Shown one piece after another: positions 1 through 9,383 of a stretch of DNA of 64,000 nucleotides. Made by a program: the position numbers and the translations under genes. The stretch comes from Limnochordia bacterium (GTDB taxonomy: Bacteria; Bacillota; Limnochordia; DUMW01). The stretch is taken from positions 2,709 through 66,708 of the forward strand of contig JALNWK010000012.1 in assembly GCA_023230925.1 (NCBI GenBank). The letters are read 5' to 3'. The notes below the pieces were generated by a model that saw only the letters and a program-made list of their open reading frames with translations, was not told where the DNA came from and made no database searches. Within the stretch, counting starts at the first letter, position 1, and every line of letters starts with the position of its first letter.

Positions 1-693
1 AAGCACTGTTTCCATCCCTCATAGGAAGATCTGAAACGCGGATGGCTCCCGGGAGTTATTCGCAAGGATGTATGTTTCCATCCCTCATAGGAAGATCTGA
101 AACCAGAAGAAGACTGGAGGTACTAGAATGGAACAGAAACTGTTTCCATCCCTCATAGGAAGATCTGAAACAATCATATCGTCATCAGTCATGCCACTCT
201 GGGACGGTTTCCATCCCTCATAGGAAGATCTGAAACGTTAGGACCTAGACTCTCTATAAACAACCTCTAACTGTTTCCATCCCTCATAGGAAGATCTGAA
301 ACCAATCTCCGGGCTTCCTGTGTATCGCCCTTCCGAGGTTTCCATCCCTCATAGGAAGATCTGAAACATTCTAGATACTGCCAAGCACAGCGCAACAAAG
401 CTGTTTCCATCCCTCATAGGAAGATCTGAAACACCGAATCGTCAATCCGTCAGCCATGACCCGCGTGTAGTTTCCATCCCTCATAGGAAGATCTGAAACT
501 TGGAGCCTTCCTCGAGCCCCGCTGAGAGCTGTTGTTTCCATCCCTCATAGGAAGATCTGAAACGGGATCTGCTTGATGGTTGGCAGACGATACGAGTGTT
601 TCCATCCCTCATAGGAAGATCTGAAACATCTTGAAAAACCCCATGAACCGGGTGGAGAAGCCAGTTTCCATCCCTCATAGGAAGATCTGAAAC
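1..693 (-). CRISPR. CRISPR array: 11 identical 30-bp repeats and 10 complete spacers (34-38 bp); continues beyond the left edge
   Basis: The repeat GTTTCCATCCCTCATAGGAAGATCTGAAAC (read on +) starts at 8, 74, 142, 207, 273, 338, 403, 470, 534, 598 and 664. All copies are identical and all spacers are unique. Bases 1-7 are the end of a further spacer. The strand is inferred. The reverse complement GTTTCAGATCTTCCTATGAGGGATGGAAAC resembles I-B repeats recalled from haloarchaea, and the adjacent cas operon is on the minus strand. Confidence 0.97.
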
Positions 694-866
694 CCTCGTT
701 ACACTGGCAGTTTGCTATTTCCCTGCAATAACAATTCTGGATGGCAGGAAAAGGCAATTCAAGGCTATCACCTTCATAGCGCGGACTTAGACATTTTAGC
801 TTAGTTGACAAAACCGCGTCGATGTCCCGGGGTTTTCGCGCTACTGAGGGTCGACGCGGATGAAAA
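694..866 (-). promoter_or_regulatory. Putative CRISPR leader between the cas2 stop and the leader-proximal repeat
   Basis: This is a 173-bp non-coding stretch lying between the cas2 stop (867) and the repeat at 664-693. That is the usual leader position if the array is transcribed on the minus strand like the cas genes. No confident -35/-10 was identified. Confidence 0.5.
804..859 (-). terminator. Terminator-like hairpin just downstream of cas2
   Basis: On the minus strand, CCGCGTCGA (859-851) pairs with TCGACGCGG (822-814) and is followed by TTTTG (813-809). The loop is long (28 nt), so this is weak. Confidence 0.35.
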
Positions 867-1142
867 CTAGATAAAAACATCTGGACCCTCACTTTTCTCT
901 TGGCCTAAGACTTCTCTTCTTGTATACTTTTCAACGCGCCATGTATATAGGATAACACTATCGTAGTCTTTGTCAATAATACCAAGCAAATCCGCTTTCA
1001 GTTGCGCGTAGAGCCCAGGTGTTAGTTCCCCTTCTAAAACCGAATTTTGAACCCATGTCAGGTACCGACGTCCAACCTTCAGTACCTTGTTTACCCGTTT
1101 CTCACCAGCATCATATACCATAAGAACAAACATACTTACCAC
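867..1142 (-). CDS. cas2: CRISPR-associated endoribonuclease Cas2
   Basis: The sequence MFVLMVYDAGEKRVNKVLKVGRRYLTWVQNSVLEGEL matches the Cas2 N-terminal pattern. It is the last gene of the operon and overlaps the cas1 stop. An alternative ATG lies at 1133. Confidence 0.93.
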   Translation of the reverse strand: MVSMFVLMVYDAGEKRVNKVLKVGRRYLTWVQNSVLEGELTPGLYAQLKADLLGIIDKDYDSVILYTWRVEKYTRREVLGQEKSEGPDVFI

Positions 1143-2131
1143 CTTGAGATAAACGGCCGGTATTCCGCATCTCCAAGAATATGCCGTTCAAGTTTGTATA
1201 CTTCCATCTTGATCAAAGTACGGTAACTAACTTTCCGGTTTAAGCGCGGATGTGTTATGGTCTCCCTGAGTCGTTCCTCCCAAGTACGGAGAACAATACC
1301 CCGACCAGTATCGGTTAGGTACATAGCATTGCCCTCTTTGGCGAAATGCTTCGCCTCAATCATTTTCTTGTTAAGCAACGTGAAAATCAATCGGTCCACG
1401 AGGATCGGCTTGAAGATCTCAGCGATGTCTAGATTCAGCGAAAAGCGTCTGAAATTGGTTTCGTGTAGGTAACCAATCCTTGGATCAAGATGTGTTTGGT
1501 AAATCTGACCCAATGCTGTCACGTAGCACATGCTGTTGAGGAAACTAATTAGCGCGTTCATTCTGTTTTGGGGCGGACGGCGGCTACGGATTTCAAAGCT
1601 AAATGCTGGATCCTGAACCACACGATCAAACATTTTGTAGTAAGCGTTTCTTGCTTTGCCTTCAATGCCCATTAATGTGGTAATGCCGGTTGCCTCGGTT
1701 ACATCCTTTTTTGCTAAATCGAGGCTGTCTTCGATTGCTTCAAGGCTACTGTCCTGTCTTCTACCATAATAACCAACTACCTTTTTCATGTTTTCTATGG
1801 CCCCATAGACAAATCTACTCGCAATCTTTAGCCTCAATTCCTCGTTTGTGTAGTGCTCGCATTGTTTTATGATAACTGCCCCTGAATTGTAATGTTCCCG
1901 GGGATAGTACGTACCCTGATAGTATCCATAATGATTGAAAAAGTGCAGAGCCAAATGATATTCCGTTGCAAACTCAAGAAACCGCTTGTTCAACGTGACG
2001 TCCCCAAAGATCATGATCTCATCGGCAGTCTCGACAGGCACAAATCTGCGGCCTTCATCGTTTTCAATAACAATAGTATTGTCTTTCCGCGCTAGCCGAC
2101 CCGACGACAATATGTAGAGACTTTTTCCCAC
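1136..2131 (-). CDS. cas1: CRISPR-associated endonuclease Cas1
   Basis: The product is about 331 aa and has a Cas1-like sequence. The preferred start is the GTG at 2131, preceded by AGGAGG 7 nt upstream and lying after the cas4 TAG stop. The ORF track's ATG at 2158 is an alternative. Confidence 0.93.
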   Translation of the reverse strand: MGKSLYILSSGRLARKDNTIVIENDEGRRFVPVETADEIMIFGDVTLNKRFLEFATEYHLALHFFNHYGYYQGTYYPREHYNSGAVIIKQCEHYTNEELRLKIASRFVYGAIENMKKVVGYYGRRQDSSLEAIEDSLDLAKKDVTEATGITTLMGIEGKARNAYYKMFDRVVQDPAFSFEIRSRRPPQNRMNALISFLNSMCYVTALGQIYQTHLDPRIGYLHETNFRRFSLNLDIAEIFKPILVDRLIFTLLNKKMIEAKHFAKEGNAMYLTDTGRGIVLRTWEERLRETITHPRLNRKVSYRTLIKMEVYKLERHILGDAEYRPFISRW

Positions 2132-2142
2132 CCATCTCCCTC

Positions 2143-2670
2143 CTAGCTCCAACACCATTGAACATACGCACAGGATTTGCAGTAGCCTCGCTTCTCAAGC
2201 ACAGGCGGGCTCGTTGCTTTAGATATGATCTGGATCTGATAATATGCTTCCTCAAGTTGGTTACGAAGCCGCTCATCTAGTATGACTTCTTCTGTCCTCC
2301 GTTCAGTAGGAAACTGCAGCAGACCTTTAGCGTTGAAACCTTCGTTTTCAAGTTCATAGAGATAGTGAGCCAATTGCAGCCTAGCAGCTTCAATTGATTT
2401 GCTACTCTTCTTCACTTCCGCAATAACCAAAGCCCCGTCCTGTTGGCGAACAATATCGAATCGGTTATCACCGAAGACAACACTATGCTTGTCCCGCCTA
2501 TAAGTAGTCTGATCAATTATCCTCCCCATCAGAAGAAGATCATCATCCTGGTTAGGCTCTATCCCTCGTGTTATGAACCACACCTGACGCGGACAGATCA
2601 TGTAATACCATACAACAGTACCTCCAATACGTGGATCCTCAGAATATAACATTTCCGACATCCTCTTCAC
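2143..2670 (-). CDS. cas4: Cas4 RecB-like exonuclease with Fe-S cysteines
   Basis: The product is 175 aa. It has an N-terminal Cys (YYMICPRQVWF) and a C-terminal CKSCAYVQWC cluster, the typical Cas4 four-Cys arrangement. It lies between cas3 and cas1. Confidence 0.9.
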   Translation of the reverse strand: MKRMSEMLYSEDPRIGGTVVWYYMICPRQVWFITRGIEPNQDDDLLLMGRIIDQTTYRRDKHSVVFGDNRFDIVRQQDGALVIAEVKKSSKSIEAARLQLAHYLYELENEGFNAKGLLQFPTERRTEEVILDERLRNQLEEAYYQIQIISKATSPPVLEKRGYCKSCAYVQWCWS

Positions 2671-4891
2671 CGAGATCCGGCGGTATGTATCCCGCCAATG
2701 GATGATAAATCGTGCCTAGAGCATCCTTTGAAATTAGCCAGTATTCGCCATTGAGAATGGCTCGAACGGGCGGTTCTGCACTGGTGGTACTAATCGTTGC
2801 GGCAATCTCTCTGCTTTTCAAAAGAGACTTAAAAGGAACTTCGATCATGTATTGCGAAGCTCTTCGCCACAACTGCCGTATTCGCTCTTGATTCTCAAAT
2901 GTCCACTCGGTTGATTCTAGCTGTTTGAGTATCTGTATTAGTCCTTGATCAAGTTCCACAAACACCTGAACCTCACCGTAGTACTTGGTTTCGATAAGGG
3001 GAGGGATGCTTCCCCATTCACCATTGTTAATCAGCTCGAAGCAATCCTTCGGTCGCAGACCATCCATGATTACACGGTAGTACTCGTCAATCAAGACGGA
3101 TACTTCCTGTTCGGTAAAGGCCTTATACTTTGATAGAACTTCCTTTGCACCGTTGGTTAAGATTTGGCTGTAGACAAAGGAATGAAAGGCACGACCCTGC
3201 GTATTAACAAGCTCGGCAACCAACACGCTACCCGGCGGTTTAGTATGATCAAAGTGTCGATTACATCTTCCGGCTGCCTGAATTATTGAATCCAGCGGAC
3301 CAACATCTCGATAGACCCAGTCAAAACTAAGATCAACTCCCGCCTCCACTACCTGGGTAGCAACTAAGTAATGCTTGCGACCCCGCCTTTGTAATCCTTT
3401 CAAAGCTGTTAGGATACGGCGACGGTGTATGGGCGCCATGGAACGAGAAAGGAACAGCACCGATCCTTCTAGATGCCCGTCTTTTTTGGGGTTTTGAAGC
3501 AGGTCCCACAGTTCATAGGCAGACTTCTTCGTATTTAGCACCATCATACCCGAGCCCTCACAAAAGGGTAGGTGCTCTCGGAGTACTTGCGGTAGTTGCT
3601 GCAACTCGAATTTCTGATCGAGAAATTCGTATGTATGCCGTGATTTTGGAAATGGCTCGATACCTTGCGCGAGTTCCCGCCCTTGGCCGATGAGGGGCTG
3701 AGTAGCCGTCATAAGCAAGAAGGTGGTGCCCCAATGTTCTGCCAAATAAGCCATAGTCTTGCCAAAACCCTCCCAAAGTTCAGGACTAATACTCTGTGGC
3801 TCATCAAGAATCACAACAGCACCACTTAGTCGATGAAAGTTCATTGTCGCATTCGCACGTGCTTCAAACAATGCACGCCAGAAAGCTACTAGGGTTGTTA
3901 CTACCACCGGCTCAGTCCAATACCGAAAGTAACTAGACATGCGACCCCATGGATTCTGTGAAAGCTCATTACTTTCCTCGTCAGCAGAGCCCACTCCACT
4001 GTGATCCTCTTGGACATGTGCTTGAAAGACCTCCCGTGCTACCTTAGCATTTTGCTCTACAATTGCGATAAAGGGAAGCGCATAGATGATCGAAGTTGCA
4101 CCTGTTCTAGTCGCCATTTCTTTAGCAATTTGTAGACCGGTGACCGTCTTGCCAGCACCGGTGGGTAGCGTTAGCGTATAAACACCAGGAAGAATTTTGT
4201 CCGGAAGATTTCCCAGGCACATCTTACGTACTTTGGTGCGCCATATGTTCATTTCACCGTCTTTTGGGAAATTGGGTAAATGAAACTCAGGCAAATTGGA
4301 GAAAGCCACCTTCTGTACTCCGACTGCATCCATCCGATCTGCCGCGATAAACAGAGAGTAGAGTGCACGAAGTCTCAACCAGTCTTTGGCACTCACTTCC
4401 CAATCAAGGTTTAGGAAATCGACAAAGTCATACCAGCCCTCCTGGGTAAACTGCATAGGCCAGTTGGGAACCAGCTTTTTCATTTCGTTATTGATTACTT
4501 GGAAATCCTGTCGATCGCTTGTCCAGAAGTTTCTTACTTGGTTAACATCTTGAAGACCGCTATGATGGCGTCGTACGGCCTCAGCAGCAAGGATATCCTT
4601 TGTCATACTAAGTGTAAAATAGGAAGATGGCAAAGAATGATTGATACCCTGCGGAGCACCGTCTAAATATGCTTGAAACTTCGGGTGGACTTTACCAAGA
4701 TCGTGTGTCCACCCGATGGCTTCAAGTGCTTTTTCGTCCACGTCGATTCCGTGGGCTTGTGCTAAGTGCTTAGCAGTCTCCGCTACATTTTGTAGGTGAT
4801 CCGACAGGCGTTTTTTCTCATGGCTTTTTAGGTCACCAGGCAGGGAACCAGGCAACCACATCGTCCCCGCATCGTGTGACATCAAGAACAC
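2639..4891 (-). CDS. cas3: Cas3 fused HD nuclease and DEAD/DEAH helicase
   Basis: The N-terminal HD region carries WTHDLGKVHPKFQ. The helicase Walker A-like motif is LPTGAGKT and the DExx box is VILDEPQ. The product is 750 aa. The start is uncertain because it overlaps the cas5 3' end by 59 nt; alternative ATGs lie at 4882 and 4861. Confidence 0.93.
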   Translation of the reverse strand: MFLMSHDAGTMWLPGSLPGDLKSHEKKRLSDHLQNVAETAKHLAQAHGIDVDEKALEAIGWTHDLGKVHPKFQAYLDGAPQGINHSLPSSYFTLSMTKDILAAEAVRRHHSGLQDVNQVRNFWTSDRQDFQVINNEMKKLVPNWPMQFTQEGWYDFVDFLNLDWEVSAKDWLRLRALYSLFIAADRMDAVGVQKVAFSNLPEFHLPNFPKDGEMNIWRTKVRKMCLGNLPDKILPGVYTLTLPTGAGKTVTGLQIAKEMATRTGATSIIYALPFIAIVEQNAKVAREVFQAHVQEDHSGVGSADEESNELSQNPWGRMSSYFRYWTEPVVVTTLVAFWRALFEARANATMNFHRLSGAVVILDEPQSISPELWEGFGKTMAYLAEHWGTTFLLMTATQPLIGQGRELAQGIEPFPKSRHTYEFLDQKFELQQLPQVLREHLPFCEGSGMMVLNTKKSAYELWDLLQNPKKDGHLEGSVLFLSRSMAPIHRRRILTALKGLQRRGRKHYLVATQVVEAGVDLSFDWVYRDVGPLDSIIQAAGRCNRHFDHTKPPGSVLVAELVNTQGRAFHSFVYSQILTNGAKEVLSKYKAFTEQEVSVLIDEYYRVIMDGLRPKDCFELINNGEWGSIPPLIETKYYGEVQVFVELDQGLIQILKQLESTEWTFENQERIRQLWRRASQYMIEVPFKSLLKSREIAATISTTSAEPPVRAILNGEYWLISKDALGTIYHPLAGYIPPDLGEEDVGNVIF

Positions 4892-5552
4892 CTCTCTCTA
4901 GTAGATGCAACTTACGGTCCACCGCTGTCGGATACAAGACCGTAACACTCTCGACCAGCCCCCGTTCCTGGTCTAATTCAAAGGGAACAATCTCTCTAAA
5001 TGCCCCACCCGAGCGAAGGGCATCTATTTTCACCCCCTCGTCCCACGGAAGAACCGTGTCTACTTCGAGAACGTCTTCTTGGGCCTCGCTCCAAGGATAG
5101 AAACCGATATACTGTAAATCGGCAATGGCATAGGCTGTGCCAAGACAAGGCGTGTATATGAAGGTCTCTGACTCGATAAAGCTTCTCAGTTTTTCTTCCA
5201 GCCCCCCCGAGACATAAACCCGGTATCGGGGCGAACCTACAAACTGATGCTTTACCTGGACCCGCGGATTTCTCTGCGGATTCTTCGTGTTCCACAGGTT
5301 CACCGAATGGTTCTTCCAACGGATTGGGGCGGCGATCCTAATAGCAATCCTGGTTCCTCTCATGTATGACCAATACTCTGCATTGGTGGCGTCTTGATCA
5401 CTTCCATTTCCGAGACCAATAATTGCAGCAATCATTCCAGCAATAGCGGTAGGCGGCGGAAATGCAAAGGAAACTGCAGAAGTCGTCGTATAGGGCTTGC
5501 GGAACATAGCCACCGGCCCTGTGACTTCAAAGACCGTTGCCACCGGCTTCAC
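4833..5552 (-). CDS. cas5: Cas5 (type I-B Cascade subunit)
   Basis: The N-terminus VFEVTGPVAMFRKPYTTTSAVSFAFPPPTAIAGMI is a typical Cas5 RAMP N-terminus. The gene lies after cas7. Confidence 0.88.
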   Translation of the reverse strand: MKPVATVFEVTGPVAMFRKPYTTTSAVSFAFPPPTAIAGMIAAIIGLGNGSDQDATNAEYWSYMRGTRIAIRIAAPIRWKNHSVNLWNTKNPQRNPRVQVKHQFVGSPRYRVYVSGGLEEKLRSFIESETFIYTPCLGTAYAIADLQYIGFYPWSEAQEDVLEVDTVLPWDEGVKIDALRSGGAFREIVPFELDQERGLVESVTVLYPTAVDRKLHLLERGVLDVTRCGDDVVAWFPAW

Positions 5553-6454
5553 CTCTTTTCGACGGCCAACCGATTACCAAGTTGGCTCAACCGTTCTAAT
5601 CCAAGCAGTTTTAAATCTTTGGAGTGGACGATATCCACTAATTTTATAGCTTCGTCATGGTAAAGAATCGCGTCACTTAGCTCTGAAACATCAAGCTGTA
5701 TATTCGCCAAGGATCTTAGGGCCAACTGTTCTTCTTCGGAAAGACATCGTCCTTCATCGTCGACTAACTTCACTCTATCATCCAGGGAACCGGTAATACC
5801 GTTAAAACCTTCGTTATACACAACCTGGAGGATTAACTGTGGTTCATGCCCTACCTTACTCCTTGTAATAAGGTTAACGGTGCCATCCCACATCCCATCA
5901 ATAAGCAGATCCAAGTCCGCATCGGTGGCCCCGGTTACCTGGGAAGGGTATTGATTAGCTATGGCATAGGCCGCAATAACCGCAAAGGGAACAATGTATT
6001 CGTTACGGAAAGAACGCTGCTCACTACCTTCTCGTGAGACAAAAGCCGCTGTACCCTGAACTAACTCCACACGAGATCGATTTAGCGATCTGCCCCATTT
6101 AAACTGCACCGGCCCAGTCCAGGAAAAGCTTTCGCTACCTAATGCAAAAGTCGCCCCGAACAATCTTGCATCGATGCACTGCGAGAGTACTTCCTCCCCA
6201 GTCTGCCCATTGGTTTTCTTCTTTAGCTCCTCAAAACGAGTTTTTAGAGTCTTTGGTTCACCATCCACAAAAACGTTGAGCCCATCCCTGACCCACTGAT
6301 CCCTAATCGTGCGTTTAATCCTGACATCAGAAACAAGTAATTGTCCGGCATCCTCATCATAGCGAGGGTGATTTGCATTTAGAGGATCACCATTGGGGTT
6401 AGCATCTTTTACGGTATAGACGAACAATAATTCTCTTCTGTTTTCGAAAGACAT
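5549..6454 (-). CDS. cas7: Cas7 (Csh2/Cst2-like backbone subunit)
   Basis: LLFVYTVKDANPNGDPLN carries the NPNGDP motif characteristic of Cas7 of the I-B/I-C families. The product is 301 aa. Confidence 0.9.
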   Translation of the reverse strand: MSFENRRELLFVYTVKDANPNGDPLNANHPRYDEDAGQLLVSDVRIKRTIRDQWVRDGLNVFVDGEPKTLKTRFEELKKKTNGQTGEEVLSQCIDARLFGATFALGSESFSWTGPVQFKWGRSLNRSRVELVQGTAAFVSREGSEQRSFRNEYIVPFAVIAAYAIANQYPSQVTGATDADLDLLIDGMWDGTVNLITRSKVGHEPQLILQVVYNEGFNGITGSLDDRVKLVDDEGRCLSEEEQLALRSLANIQLDVSELSDAILYHDEAIKLVDIVHSKDLKLLGLERLSQLGNRLAVEKR

Positions 6455-6468
6455 TTCGATTAACCTCC

Positions 6469-6912
6469 TTATTCATCGTCCTCATTGACTTCATTGGTAT
6501 CCATCGCTACTTGTTCTTCGGCGACATCAATTTCGAATATTGCTGCGTAATATGGCCATGGATTCAAAAATGCAACCGAAAAAGCAAAGTTTCCATCAAC
6601 ACCTAACTCAGGAATCCCGCTTTTAAGCATCAAAGAACCGGCTTCCGCGGCAAGATGTTCCAGTCGTCCAGCTCCTTTAACCCGATACACTCGCGTTAAC
6701 TCCGGAACCCTAGATAAGTGTTTCTTAAGGTCCCGTAACATCATTTTGCCGAAGTTCAGTTGTTTAAAAAGTGGTGCCTTGGCAATATCATCACCTTTAC
6801 TAACTTGGCCCCTCGCGAGCATTCCTAAGGTGATTCCGGCAAGGAAAACCCCCTTTCCCTCATCTTTTTGTAGATACTGATCTGAAAATTGATCAAAGAA
6901 ACTTAGGTTCAT
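6469..6912 (-). CDS. Putative stand-alone small subunit (Cas11b-like), corresponding to the C-terminal part of undivided Cas8b
   Basis: This 147-aa ORF sits between cas8b and cas7. Its ATG (6912-6910) is 3 nt after, and in the same frame as, the cas8b TAA (6918-6916). A GGGAGG Shine-Dalgarno lies inside the cas8b 3' end. The assignment rests on position and length only. Confidence 0.55.
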   Translation of the reverse strand: MNLSFFDQFSDQYLQKDEGKGVFLAGITLGMLARGQVSKGDDIAKAPLFKQLNFGKMMLRDLKKHLSRVPELTRVYRVKGAGRLEHLAAEAGSLMLKSGIPELGVDGNFAFSVAFLNPWPYYAAIFEIDVAEEQVAMDTNEVNEDDE

Positions 6913-6915
6913 CAG

Positions 6916-8370
6916 TTACCGCCTCCCATTATATCTATCAAGAAAGTCAACTAACGCGCCAAGTTCTCGTACATTATTCGACGCATATTTCATCCATTTT
7001 GGATCGTTTACCAAACCTGGCATGCGGGATACAGCTAGAGTCTTCATCATCTTCGAGTCCACCCACTCATTATTCAAGAGCTTGCCGACTAAGGATATGG
7101 TATACTCTGTCATCACATTTTTATCCTGTTGTCGCTCGCCTGCAAAGGATCTAGTGGCTCTGAATAGAGTTCGGAATGCACCATCAAGTGTTCTTCTTCC
7201 GTCTTCCTTTATGCCGAAAACATCAGCTGTTTCCAACCACGTATCCTCAAGAAATCTTAGATAAGACGGGGGTACATCCTCAACCATAAGATGAATCCTC
7301 TCCTGAGCCTGATTAGACTCCCAAAATACAAAGTGAAAGACAAGTAATTCATCGCGCCGCGCAAGACTACTGAACACACTCTCTTTTCCCGCCACCCCCT
7401 CCGTTATAAAGCCAGTGGCCGCCCGAGCTGCTGCGTCCATTCGCTTGGTGCCGGTAATAAGCTCCGGGACAACATAAATATTAATTCCGCTAATCGTGCG
7501 GCGATCACAAAACTGCACATCCAGTTCCTCACGTCCTACCAGAAGAGCGGAATAGCAGTCTATGCACGCCGGGAACACCTTGGCCGCAGACCTGTCTTTT
7601 CCGCCGCTTCCCATTCCCGGTAGGTATCCGGGTTTATCAAATGTAGCAAATTTGAACACCGTATCAAGATTAACGCATGCGGCCGATGATGTTTGGCACA
7701 GGGCACACGGCGATGAGAAGGCATCATCAAAGACTTGTCTTTTAACCTTATCTCGAAAGTAACTCACAAAGGCTGGTATATCGCCGGGATACAAGAAACT
7801 ATCTTGGTGGGATATGCCAAACATCAGCAGATATGAACGCTCCGTATCCGACCAGAGCTCTGCTAAGGTTTCCGACTGTTCGTGGAGGGCATTCATAAGC
7901 AAGTCAACAGATCCGGGGGCGAAGACCCCTTCCTTCTCGTAATTGTTTAGCGTTGTTTTCTGCAACCTTTCTAACCGTCCCTTTTCACCAAGCAACTCTC
8001 TTAGGCTGTTTCTCTTGGGTTTCCCCAAGCGATATATGGGAGAGTAACTCCACGTCACATTGTTTCCGGACGGTTCTTTGAAAAGCATACGACGTTTTTG
8101 CTCCTGCCGAGCAACAACGGATAGGCCATCAGCTAGATAATCAACTACTCTAAACCTATCAATGCCTTGTATGTCGAGGACTTCGGCAAATGGATCAGCC
8201 GTCCTTAACCAAACCTGAATCACTTGCTCTTTTTTGGTCTCTTGTTGGTCATTCCTGGATTTTTGCACAATCGGAATCATAGGCAACTGTGAAAATTTTA
8301 CTGTGGAATCTTCTTCCATACCGGCTGTTTGCACTCGTCCAATATCTCTTACAGCATTCAGAAATCCCAT
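6916..8370 (-). CDS. cas8b: Cas8b-like large subunit (Cys-rich, TM1802/Cst1-like), C-terminally shortened
   Basis: The product is 484 aa and lies between cas6 and cas7. A CxxC...CxxC cluster (CALCQ...CIDCY) is as described for TM1802-type Cas8. Confidence 0.75.
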   Translation of the reverse strand: MGFLNAVRDIGRVQTAGMEEDSTVKFSQLPMIPIVQKSRNDQQETKKEQVIQVWLRTADPFAEVLDIQGIDRFRVVDYLADGLSVVARQEQKRRMLFKEPSGNNVTWSYSPIYRLGKPKRNSLRELLGEKGRLERLQKTTLNNYEKEGVFAPGSVDLLMNALHEQSETLAELWSDTERSYLLMFGISHQDSFLYPGDIPAFVSYFRDKVKRQVFDDAFSSPCALCQTSSAACVNLDTVFKFATFDKPGYLPGMGSGGKDRSAAKVFPACIDCYSALLVGREELDVQFCDRRTISGINIYVVPELITGTKRMDAAARAATGFITEGVAGKESVFSSLARRDELLVFHFVFWESNQAQERIHLMVEDVPPSYLRFLEDTWLETADVFGIKEDGRRTLDGAFRTLFRATRSFAGERQQDKNVMTEYTISLVGKLLNNEWVDSKMMKTLAVSRMPGLVNDPKWMKYASNNVRELGALVDFLDRYNGRR

Positions 8371-8384
8371 GATAAAATGCCTCC

Positions 8385-9146
8385 TTATTCCCTCGATTTC
8401 AACACCTCAACACAACCCCAACCACTGCTATTCTTACTGCCAAAACCAGCGTTAACCCCTACTTGCAGCAATTCCCTGGGACCATGGACCCGGAAGGTGC
8501 CCCACCAACCCTTGGTTGGCATTTTTGTTTCCCTGCTGAAAACAGCAATCTGTCGTCTAGGCTTGTCCACAGGCTCCAGTACAACTCTCTGTTCCGAAAT
8601 GGGCTGGGTAGGCCAGCAAATCGAGTGCTTCTTCCGTAGATTCTGATCGATTTGTTGCTGGAATTCTTGTTCTATCGGTTCATAGAAGACGGTATATGGT
8701 TTGCCGTCCTCTTTGCGCAGTGTCGAATAGCAGGTTATAGGAGAGAGCGCGCGGATCACTATGGCATCGTCAGTCACTTTCTGATCAATAACTTCCACGC
8801 CAGCACAGTATAATTCGTTGTTCCCCAGGCGAACTGAATCCTTCGTAAGGGCACCGGTAGCTGCATCTTGAAGAATATGTAGTAGTGGCGAAGAAATATG
8901 CAGGGTAAGGGGTGAACGAAGGACAACCATGTCTTTGATGATCTTAATCGGTTCTACTCCACTAAGCCAAGAAAAGGTGAATAGTTTGAAGGTCCGCTTC
9001 TCAAAGGGAAATCCTTCATTGTGTAAGAAGCACGCAAGCCGCTCGGAAAAGAGCTGGTACACAAAGGCCTGAAGAATATGTAGGTTAGCTCGGGGTAACC
9101 ATACCAAACCACTAGGTTCATTTTGTAAGGTCAACTTGATTTGCAT
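8385..9146 (-). CDS. cas6: Cas6 crRNA endoribonuclease
   Basis: The C-terminus has the glycine-rich loop GFGSKNSSGWGCVEV typical of Cas6, and this is the first gene of the operon. The preferred start is the ATG at 9146 (TAGGAG 10 nt upstream). The ORF extends to 9215. Confidence 0.85.
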   Translation of the reverse strand: MQIKLTLQNEPSGLVWLPRANLHILQAFVYQLFSERLACFLHNEGFPFEKRTFKLFTFSWLSGVEPIKIIKDMVVLRSPLTLHISSPLLHILQDAATGALTKDSVRLGNNELYCAGVEVIDQKVTDDAIVIRALSPITCYSTLRKEDGKPYTVFYEPIEQEFQQQIDQNLRKKHSICWPTQPISEQRVVLEPVDKPRRQIAVFSRETKMPTKGWWGTFRVHGPRELLQVGVNAGFGSKNSSGWGCVEVLKSRE

Positions 9147-9350
9147 GTAAGCGACGCTCCTAAACATTTTGGGATACACAAGATAATTATGTGTAGTAGG
9201 TTCGACATCTTTCACTTAAATTCCTTGTTTTCCCAGTTTAATGTCTGATAAGCAGAACTATCCGGTATTATGTATAGGTTGATTTATCACCCAACAACCG
9301 GCGCAGTAGACAAAACGCTGAAACTACACGTATGCACGTCCGGCATTGTT

Positions 9351-9359
9351 TGCTATAAT
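9351..9359 (+). promoter_or_regulatory. Extended -10 element (TGcTATAAT) upstream of the DUF523 gene
   Basis: TGCTATAAT lies at 9351-9359, 25 nt upstream of the ATG at 9384. The -35 is poor (TATGCA). Confidence 0.4.
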
Positions 9360-9383
9360 GTACTTGTCGGAAGGAACAAGGTG

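Noticed and set aside
694-740. A possible degenerate 12th repeat (GTTTGCTATTTCCCTGCAATAAC...) starts at 710, next to the last perfect repeat.
   Set aside because: It begins only 16 nt after the repeat at 664-693, which is far shorter than any spacer. Beyond GTTT it shares only scattered identities with the repeat. It is treated as part of the leader.
481-892. Two ORFs in the track (481-678 and 545-892, minus strand) lie inside the CRISPR array and leader.
   Set aside because: Their translations contain the periodic peptide FRSSYEGWK, which is simply the translated repeat. They are artefacts of the array.
9270-9383. The DUF523 ORF has a 38-aa N-terminal extension.
   Set aside because: The extension covers the TGcTATAAT promoter element. 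DUF523 homology begins at LISACLVG, right after the ATG at 9384, which has an SD.
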